From assembly GCA_051294375.1 (NCBI GenBank), contig CM119265.1, positions 22,072,278-22,136,277 on the forward strand: a stretch of 64,000 bases of DNA. Direction: 5' to 3'. This DNA is from Paraspadella gotoi (taxonomy: Eukaryota > Animalia > Chaetognatha). Below the pieces are notes generated by a model, which was not told the DNA's origin, ran no database searches, and worked only from the letters and a program-made list of their open reading frames with translations. Shown here piece after piece: positions 25,872-35,349 of the stretch (the stretch's first letter is position 1; each line of letters opens with the position of its first letter). The translations under genes were made by a program, and so were the position numbers.

Positions 25872-26593
25872 ATGTTGTCTTCCACTTTGATCGCGCGGTT
25901 GAGGCCCACGTCTATGGGGTTGAGGAGATCCTTTTCCGTTTCCTCTTCCGTCAGCATCAAAGTAGGCGACAAGCTTCCCGAAGTCACACTCTTCGAGGAA
26001 ACTCCGGGCGGAAAGGTGAGCGCGACTATTTTTTGCCTAAAAGTTAAATTTGTAATTTACCTTCTCAATTCTCACCCTTCGAAAAAGGTGGAGTTGGGCC
26101 GACTCTTCAACGGCAAAAAAGGAGTGCTCTTCGGAGTTCCGGGGGCCTTCACTCCCAACTGCTCCGCCTCTCACGTGCCTGGTTTCGTCACCAACCTGAA
26201 CGCCCTCAAGGCCAAGGGCGTCCAGGAGGTGGCCTGCGTCAGCGTCAACGATCCTTTCGTTATGAAGGCCTGGGGCGACGAGCAAGGCGCTACCGGCAAG
26301 ATTCGCATGCTGGCCGACACCACCGGAGATTTTACCAAAGCCGCCGACTTGGAACTGGATTTGTCCGCAGTTTTGGGAAACGTCAGGTGAGACGAAAAGC
26401 GAAACGTACTGACGACTGCATGATTTGATAATCTTTTTTTATACTAAATGCCAATACGCCCATTTCTGATTTCTTCAGGTGCAAGAGATTCGCAATGGTG
26501 GTCGATAATGGAGTCGTCAGAGAGCTCTTGGTCGAGCCGGACGGAACCGGACTCACCAACAGCGTCGCCTCCAGTGTTTTGGAAAAGCTGTGA
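25872..26593 (+). CDS. PRDX5: Peroxiredoxin-5, mitochondrial-type, 3 exons
   Basis: Presequence, IKVGDKLP, GVLFGVPGAFTPNC, ACVSVNDPFVMKAW, KRFAMVV, VEPDGTGLT. Confidence 0.93.
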
Positions 26594-26865
26594 TGTGTTT
26601 GGGTTTTTGTACCCGAGAGCAATATGTACGTACGGATAACGGAGATAAATACTTTGCTTCTTCGCGAAATTGCTAACAGTTACCTACCGTTTAAATAAGG
26701 AAAATCTCACAACTCTTAGTCTTTACAACTTTGTTCAACCTGTGATTTTTTTTATTTTCTTTCAAGATATCACCGATTATCGAGTTATCGATTTTATTTT
26801 CCGCTCCTAATGTTTAAGTATTTTTAATATTTCGGATAATCAGGTTGAATTATTCAATTTTCAAA

Positions 26866-29800
26866 ATGCGGCAACTCCTTTGCCGCTGTTTCCTCTTGAC
26901 GGCGCTCATCGCTGCGTCCCTTTTCCTCTTCTCCTCTGCCGATTCCGCGGCAGGTGGCGGGGATGAGCCGGCGTCGGAAGCGCCTCTGGTGTCGACCCTC
27001 GACGTGATCATCATCGTGGTCGCCGTCCTCCTCGCCACGTGGTATTTCTTTTTCCGGGAAAAGGAGCCAGAATTCAAGCAGTCTTACGTGTCCGTGGACG
27101 ACGGAGGTGTTAAGGAAGACGCCGAGGAAGAGAACACTCTCGTCTCAAAACTTAAGGTATTGCCAGTATTGCCTCTTTCCGTCATTTCTCTTTCCGTATT
27201 CTTGATTATTTTCGGCGCTTTGTTTTCAGGCTCGTGGTCGGAAAGTCGTCGTCTTTTATGGAAGTCAAACCGGGACGGCCGAAGACTTCGCAACTCGTTT
27301 GGCGAAGGAGTCCGCTAAGTACGGAGTCAAAGGTATGTGAAAACAGAGAGAGAATTTAAAAATAATTTCTATGCAGTATAGTTCACTCCCCAGAAATTTT
27401 CTGAGTATCTGGATAAAATGTTTTCTGGATAATATGTTAACGGAATATTCTTATCGTCGCTGTTGTTCAGGTATAGCCATCGATCCCGAAGAGATCGGGG
27501 ACAACGATCAAATCGTCCAATTGAAGGAGATCGACGACCACTTGGCCGTCTTTTGCATGGCCACATACGGCGAGGGAGACCCCACCGACAACGCGCAGGA
27601 CCTTAAGGTCTTTTGTGTGACTGCAACAACTACTATTACGCTATAATTAAACAACAAAAACATTGATTCGTTCCCGCGAACGCAGGAATGGCTGACAGAC
27701 GGGAACACGGATTTGTCGGGAATCAACTACGCCGTCTTCGGTCTAGGCAACAAGACCTACGAGCACTTCAACGCCATGGGCAAGTACGTGGACAAACGTC
27801 TGGAGGAGTTGGGCGCCTCTCGACTCTACGAACTCGGACTCGGCGACGACGACGGCAACATCGAGGAAGACTTCATCCGGTGGCGGGAAGGCTTTTGGCC
27901 TGCGGTCGCCGAGTCCAAGGGATGGAAGCTGGTCGAAGAGCAAGAAGGTCCTCGCCTTTTAAGAGAATTCGATTTTGATGGTGAAGCTAATTTGGTTTCA
28001 TTTCTTTTGTAGGCGTCCGTCAGTTTAACCTGACGATTCATGACTTGGAATCCCTGCAAACGACCCAAGTCTTCCACGGGGAACCGGCCCGGCTACAGTC
28101 ATTCGTCAAGCAGGTTTATTCTCGAGTTAATCCAAACTTTCAGGGATACTATCTTTCTTTTTCGATCCTCAGAAAGCACCTTTCGACGCGAAAAATCCAT
28201 TCTTGTCGCCGATTAAGACAATTCGCGAGCTGCACACCGCGCTTTCCGAACGCTCCTGCATGCACATTGAATTCGATTTGGACGGATCGCGACTTCGCTA
28301 TGACGCTGGCGATCATTTGGCGGGTATCGTGAAGAGACAATCCTTGTCCTTTTTTGGCGTATTGTGCTTGATAGCTTTTTCCCCTCTTCAGTTTATCCCA
28401 CGAATGACCCGAAGGCAGTGGAACGCATCGCGGAATTGCTCGGCGCGGATCTCGATCAACTCATGACCCTCACTAACACGGAGGAGGATGCTAAGAAAAA
28501 ACATCCTTTCCCTTGTCCCTGCACTTACCGAACGGCTCTGACGCACTACTTGGACATCAACAACCCACCTCGAACCAACGTCCTCCGCGAACTCTCCCTC
28601 TACGCCTCCGATCCGGCCGAGGCGGAGAAACTCAAGCGGATGGGAATCGGCGCCGACAAAGAGGCCTACAACGCGTGGATCCTCGAATCTGCGAGGTTAT
28701 TGTCGTCCGTTGGTTGGAGTCGAATTTAAACCGTTTGTAAGTGGGTTTTTTCAAGCACTCCCCCTCCCTCACAGGAACCTTGTGGCGATTTTAGAGGATA
28801 TGCCGAGCTGCAAACCTCCGATCGACCTTTTGTGCGAACTGCTTCCCAGACTTCAGGCCCGATACTATTCTATTTCCTCGTCGCCCAAGGGTGAGTCTCC
28901 CGAGTTATGACGGCTATGAACCGCTTTTTTTATTATTTTTATCTTCTTTATTTTTGTCCATAGCCTTCGACAAATCTGTGACCATCACCGCCATCTGGAC
29001 CAAAGGGAAGACGAAAACCGGACGAGATTGGAACGGCGTCGCCACCACCTTTTTGAAAAGGAAACAACCCGAAGTCGATAGCAGTAAGTACAGAGGCAAT
29101 TGAGATTTAGATATTCGTCGCAAGATCGATAATTTTTTCCCAGAATTTAACGATTTAATTCTGTAATTGCAGTCGGCGACGGAGCGGAAACTCCACGACC
29201 CAAGGTTCCCATCTACGTCCGTAAAAGCGCGTTCCGTCTTCCGTACAGACACCAGACGCCGGTGGTGATGATCGGACCTGGGACCGGTTTGGCTCCCTTT
29301 ATGGGCTTCATCCAGGAGCGTGATCGAGCGAGGAGGGATGGCAAACCTATAGGCGAAACTATCCTTTACTTTGGATGTCGAAAGAGCAACGTCGATTTTC
29401 TTTACGAGAAGGTCCGGCATGGCTTTAAATATTAATGAAACTTCAAATATGAATTAAACACACCGAAAAAAAAAAATCATTAAGGTTTTTCCGCTTTGTC
29501 CCGTGAATATACCGCTTTTCAACTTTTTTTGCAGGAGCTGCGCGAATTCGAAAAGAATGGAACTCTGTCTAAGTTATACCTCGCCTTTTCGAGGGAGACG
29601 GCCGAGAAACTTTACGTACAAACTCTCCTACGGCAAAACAAGGAAGAGGTATGACGACTGTGAGGACGTAATCTGGTTTTGTTATATGCAATATACATTA
29701 TACAATTCGATTCATAATTTATGTAATGCCTCGCTATCCAGACTTGGTCGCTCCTGCAAAAAGGCGCTCACATCTACGTCTGCGGCGACGCGAAAAACAT

Positions 29801-29993
29801 GGCGCGCGACGTTCGGCATGTTTTGGAAGATATCGTCAAGGATTGCGGAGGTTACACTTCGCAGCAGGTCAGTGAAAGAGCGCGCTAGAGTCTTATTTCT
29901 CTGTTGTAATTTTTTTCAAATCTTTAACAGGTTGCCGACTATTTGAAGCAACTTCAAGTGAAAGGAAAATATCAGATGGACGTTTGGAGCTAA
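26866..29993 (+). CDS. POR: NADPH-cytochrome P450 reductase
   Basis: FYGSQTGTAEDFA, MATYGEGDPTDNA, FGLGNKTYEHFN, RYYSISSSP, MIGPGTGLAPFMGF, YVCGDAKNMA, C-terminal DVWS*; GT-AG introns. Confidence 0.96.
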
Positions 29994-30486
29994 ACGAATT
30001 TGAAATCAACGGGCGCATGAACAATTTTAGACTGTTTCGCAGTTGATTATATGACGTAGATGATATTTGATAAACATTAGATGGACATTTTTACTAATCG
30101 ATGACGCATTGCTTGCGTGCACGTTTTATCAGTGCCTTGATTTTACCGGGACTTAGTCGTTTTTCGGGATTATATTTTTGCTAATCTTTTTCCTAAAAAA
30201 TAGTCACCTGTGCTTACTATTAAAGATGGTTAATATATATTTTATAGTCTATGCTGGTCTGTGCTAGTCTTCCATTTTTCATTCCGTTATTTTGTATTGT
30301 TTTTCAATTGATTTTCCGACAACCTACAATCGTGTAATTGGTTATAAATTTATAATGTTCAAAAACGGCATTGTTTTTTATTTGGAATAAAAATTTCGAT
30401 TTTAGAAGGATTGTTTCTTTCATATTCATAATTCCACCGATCGAAATGAAAGCGAAAAAGATTTTCCCCTGGAAGGAAAGGCAGAC

Positions 30487-31611
30487 ATGGGATCCAAAGT
30501 GGCGTTGGTGCAGGGCGCTAGTCGCGGAATCGGCCTCCAATTTTGTCGTCATATTCTCTCTCGCCATTCTGATGCCACCGGTGAGGAATCGTCGGTTAAG
30601 ATAAACGTACATTAAAAAAAAACATTTGCAATGGCTTTCTTCATTCCATCGGAATTGGCTCATAACACTTACCTTTCCCGATTAAGTGATCGCGACCTGC
30701 CGTGATCCTCAAGGAAAATCTGCTTCGGGTCTGCGTGATTTGCGCGCCGAATTTCGAGGAGACGAAGGTCCGTTGAAGATAGTCAAACTCGACCTGACAA
30801 ACGAGCAAGAAGTCGATCGCGTCGGTGAGAAGAGGTGCATCAGTTTTTTGTCTTTTCTGTTGTCAAATGACCACTTTTGCTGCTTCGCCTCAGGTTCCGA
30901 GGTGGGCGAGCTGAGTGACAAATTAGATCTATTGATTAATTGCGCGGGAATGCTTCATCCAAGCGGCCTCGGAGAAAAGTCATTGAGGTTTGAATAATCG
31001 AGCATGAAACGAACAATTTAAACATGGGTCCAATTAACTGCTTCAATGAAACTAACAGGGAAGTCTCGCTGTCCGGACTGACGGCAACTATGACGACCAA
31101 CGCCTTGGGGCCACTGCTGGTCTCGAAGTCGTTGGCGCCTCTTCTTCACAAGGGCTCGGGCGGATTCGGAAAGACCACTGGCGCCAAAGATGACCACAAG
31201 GCCATCTTGGTTAATGTATCGGCCAGGGTCGGCAGCATCGGCGACAACGGGTTCGGCGGATGGTATAGCTACAGGATGTCCAAAGCGGGTGAGTTTGGCT
31301 TCCAAACTGAGGTGTGGTCCTTTGCTTTTTTTATTATCCTCGCTTGCTTTTCTATTGATCTCCAGCGCTAAACATGGCGACGAAGAACCTGAGCATTGAG
31401 TTGGGCCGCGGATCTCGGAAGGTTGTCTGCGTCGCCCTTCACCCTGGAACAGTGGACACTGATCTCACCTCACCCTACCGCAAGAATCTTCCCGAAGATA
31501 AAATCTTCACTCGGAATATTCGGTCAAGCGATTAATGTCGATCGTAGACGGACTCACTCTGGACGACTCTGGATCTTATTTGGGTTGGGACGGAAAGTCA
31601 TTCCGTTTTGA
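30487..31611 (+). CDS. C-factor/CsgA-like short-chain dehydrogenase; two apparent 1-nt deletions in the last exon
   Basis: VQGASRGIG, LINCAGMLHPSG, VNVSARVGSIGDNGFGGWYSYRMSKA, LHPGTVDTDLTSPY. Confidence 0.88.
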
Positions 31612-31803
31612 TTTCACTTTCGTCCCTCTCGTTTTGTTTTTTTATACTTACTGTTTTCTCGTTTTTTTTGCAGTCCTGAGTTTATCAGAGAGCAATTTTA
31701 AGCCGAGCCTCGTTGCCAATAGCGACGAAATTTAAAAACGAAACTGCCTTTAAACTTCGAGCACGCCTTAAAAAACTCTTCAGCCTCTATTAACGACGAC
31801 GAC

Positions 31804-34501
31804 ATGGGCGATCACCCTGTTGTGGTTCAACCAGGGCAGTACGGAGCGCAGTACACCCAACCGGGTGCTGTGCAAGTTCAACCCGGTAAGTTTAGTGAAA
31901 GTGTAAGTTTAGTGAAACAGCCTTGCAGAATACCTGCTTGTTATCTTCTTATCTATTGTATAGTGTAGATGGAGTGCCTTTAAACCACCAAAAGCCTGTC
32001 TCATAAGTCAGGGAACAGATAGCTTTATTCTATTAAATGAATGGATAATTTATTATATTGTTCTGTACCAATATCATAAAATTCAGCTCCTGGTATTTTG
32101 CAGTGCTAGTACCGCACCGGAGACTCTACAATATACTATTCCCGATACATAATACTTAAGGGAGTAGGTCTATTTCATACAATATGAAACATCTCTTTGA
32201 AAATATTATACCCACTTCAATTACTAGGAAGCCAGGTTCACTGGGAGTGAATATAGAGTAGACTGTGGACGAGAGTCTTTGATTGAAAGCTTGCAAGAAA
32301 CCTGCTATGTTATTCATCTTGTTAAGTTGTGATATCAGATGGCTCTTAAACCATCACAAAGAGCCTGTCCAAAGTCAGGACAAGGATAGCTACTATTATT
32401 AAATGAATGGATAATTTATTATATTGGGTTGTACCAATTTCATAACATACAATTTAACTTCTTCTTCCGTCACGTCAGGCGCTCAAAACTGGATGCCGGC
32501 ACCTGCGCAGGCGCCGCCCAATTGTCCACCGGGTAGGAAACGCCTTCTTTCCCTCGGTTCCTTTTCCTTCGGCCCAGCTCCGTCAAAAATCTCATCTCAC
32601 CTGTCGGATTTCGATATTCTTTTCAGGTCTGGAGTATCTGACCCTCGTGGACCAAATTCTAGTGAAGCAAAAGGTGGAGGTTTTCGAGTTGCTCACTGGA
32701 TGTGAAATGAAGAATAAGTACATCGTCCAGAATTCGATGGGTCAGCAGGTTTATTACGTGAAGGAAGACGTGGATTGTTGCACAAGGTAACAATTGCGTT
32801 CGACGTTTGGTTATTCCTTTCGAAGATATAAAGCAACCGTATTCAAATATTCCTATTTGTTCTTTATTTTAGGCAGTTTTGCGGTCCAGCCCGCCCGTTC
32901 GATATGATCATTACCGACAACTACGAACGGGAAGTCATGCACTTTTACCGACCTTTCCGGTGTGGACCTTGCAGCTGGTGCGGCGGCTGCTGCCAAATGG
33001 TAAATATGTGGCGAATCCTAAATTCACCTCCCGTATAGCTTGGTGAAACTCTGCTCGTCCCATTGGCTTGGACAGCTAAGTACTCGTTCACCAACCGTGA
33101 GTTCCGGGTTCAATCCCCTCTCGATCACGCCGGTTAAAGTGTGATGGTGTCGGCATAAACATGCCAGTGGCATGGGGTGGTCACTGCAGGTCCAAAGTCC
33201 AGAGCGCCAGCTGTTGGTAGATGCCTCACACCCCAGGCATCACACATGTCGTCCCGTTGCCATAAGTGGTGAGCCCTACTTTCGAACACGCAACCGCTGC
33301 GCACCGTGCGCCCACGCTTACGGTATGCATATTACGCCTATGCCCTACTTCTCTGGTAACTCTCCAGATTTGCCCGCTCGCCCGCTCTCACTAAGGCAAT
33401 GAGATCAACACCTTCTCTCAGACATCTCCTCAGGATTGAGACCCTTGTGGAGAAGTCTGGTGGGGGGATCCAGTGGCAGCGAGCCTTAAAGCTGCCTCAC
33501 TCTGTCCGTCCTCAGCCTTGTCTCAATGGCTGAGCAGGCTAAATCATCTCGTTACAACCGTGCGTCCTGGGTTAAATCCCTGGGTATCCCGGTTATGGCT
33601 TAAATGTGTGGCAGAGCTGGTCTAAACATGCCAGTGACAGGAGGCGGTCACTGAGGCTCCGCAGCCTCTACGCCAGTTGGTGAGATACTCCGCGCCCGGG
33701 TATCATAGGCATTCCTCCCATTGCTATAAGTTTCCATTTTTCTTTATTTCCCTCAATCACAGATTTTTAATTCACTATATTTTTTCCCCCTTTCCCCTCG
33801 CTCAATTTAACAGGAAATTGAGATCGAATCCCCTCCGGGTCAGATCATCGGCTTCGTCAAACAAGATCCAACTTTCTGCATTCCCAAGTTCACCATTTAC
33901 GGAGCCGACAAGACGACTCCGATGCTCAAGATTGTCGGGCCCTGCTGCCCCATCGCCTGCTGCGCCGACGTCGAGTTCCAGGTTGACAATGAAAATTAAA
34001 AAAAATAAATTAAATTAAATTAAATATTCACTTATTAATATTATGAAATTGGTACAACCAATATAAAAATTATCCATTCATTTAATAAATAAGCTATTTA
34101 TATATATATTATTTAATTGCTCCCGCTGACATTTTTTGCTCCCGACTCTTTTTTCCCTCGATCCTCTCCATCTTTATTCTTCTCCATTTTTTCTTTCTTC
34201 CATATTTCCTTCTCACTCTTATCCTCTTTCCCACCATCCTTTTCTTTTTCCCCCTTCACCACCCTTTCCTCCTCCTCCTCCTCCCATATATTCGCTCCTT
34301 TTCAAGGTTCTGGACCTCAGCGAAGCGAACAAGATCGGAACAGTGACGAAACAGTGGACGGGTTTCCTCCGCGAGGCCTTCACCGACGCCGACCACTTCG
34401 GCATCACGTTTCCGCTCGACCTCGACGTCAAAGTCAAAGCCTCGCTGCTCGGCGCCCTCATGCTCATCGATTTCATGTACTTTGAGCACAACCAGAATTG
34501 A
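31804..34501 (+). CDS. PLSCR: Phospholipid scramblase (paralog A)
   Basis: [39 protein letters not shown], Cys-rich [50 protein letters not shown]. Confidence 0.93.
31950..32450 (+). repeat. Two copies of a short dispersed element with a stem-loop; further copies at ~36415-36500 (+) and ~34035-34100 (partial, -)
   Basis: Shared GATGG..CTTAAAC(C/T)A..AAGCCTGTC..AAGTCAGG..AGATAG; the intron copies also share TTAAATGAATGGATAATTT..GTACCAAT. Confidence 0.65.
33007..33728 (+). mobile_element. Complete TRIM (LTR-PBS-internal-PPT-LTR) with tRNA-like LTRs, in a scramblase intron
   Basis: LTR1 33007-33264 (TGTGGCG..TTGCCATA), PBS TGGTGAGCC at 33267, PPT GAAGTCTGGTGGGGGG ~33452-33467, LTR2 33472-33728 (AGTGGCAG..TTGCTATA); A/B boxes in both LTRs. 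Confidence 0.75.
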
Positions 34502-35349
34502 GGACAGAAACATCTGCCCTTTCGTGGTACGATGTCAAAAATAAACAAGAGCATGTATCAGCGCTTAAAAGTTAAAAGGAAAAAAATTCCCTTTTTGAAT
34601 TTCCCTTTTGATTGTTTCCAAATATCTTTGTCGTTTTAGTCGTATTTGTGATTTACGACTTTTATTTTGCTATTATTGAATACTTTTACTATTATTTGTA
34701 CTACGCTGTTCTCCCACTTTTTTATGTCACTTTAAACTCGTGCATTATACCACGTTAAAATTAGCTTGCCTAGTTATAAAAAAAATTGGTCATGGGATCT
34801 ATTATTCTGATTAAGTGGGTACGTCATCGAAATGTTTTAACGTTAAGTTAGTGACCCTTTTTTTTGCTAACAATCGCTGAATTGTGATTACTAAAGGGTT
34901 TTTGCTACTTGCCATGTATTTTTGTCGAGGTTGGTATATTTTTTATGTTGGTTTACGATTACTATTTCAAAAACAGTATTCGGAAGGTTTTTCTTATTTT
35001 TTTTCTTTTTGTACAAACCTCTTATGTGGACTGTCGAGGGATCTAGTCACGATTTTATTTTTACTTTATTCTTTAGCGAAATTAAATGTGCTCGATGCAC
35101 AAAGCACTTAGTACTTAGTACTTAGTTGCTGAGAAATCAAATTCTCAAATTTCACTGCCCAGTGCCCTATCGTTGAAGATTAAATCCCAATCATGTGTCG
35201 TAATTTTGTGACGGTCATTCTCGATTTGTTTACCGTGTCTATTTTATATTCTCGGAAATAAAAACATTTGAAACTATCTAAAAATCTTATGCTTGACACA
35301 AAGTTACTAAAGTTAGAGTATTCAATCGCCGTCAAATGTNNNNNNNNNN

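Noticed and set aside
31500-31611. Programmed frameshifting or insertional RNA editing (also at ~22255, 51490-51560 and 51600-52400)
   Set aside because: The shifts are single-base indels, mostly in short homopolymers and clustered locally, which is the pattern of long-read consensus error
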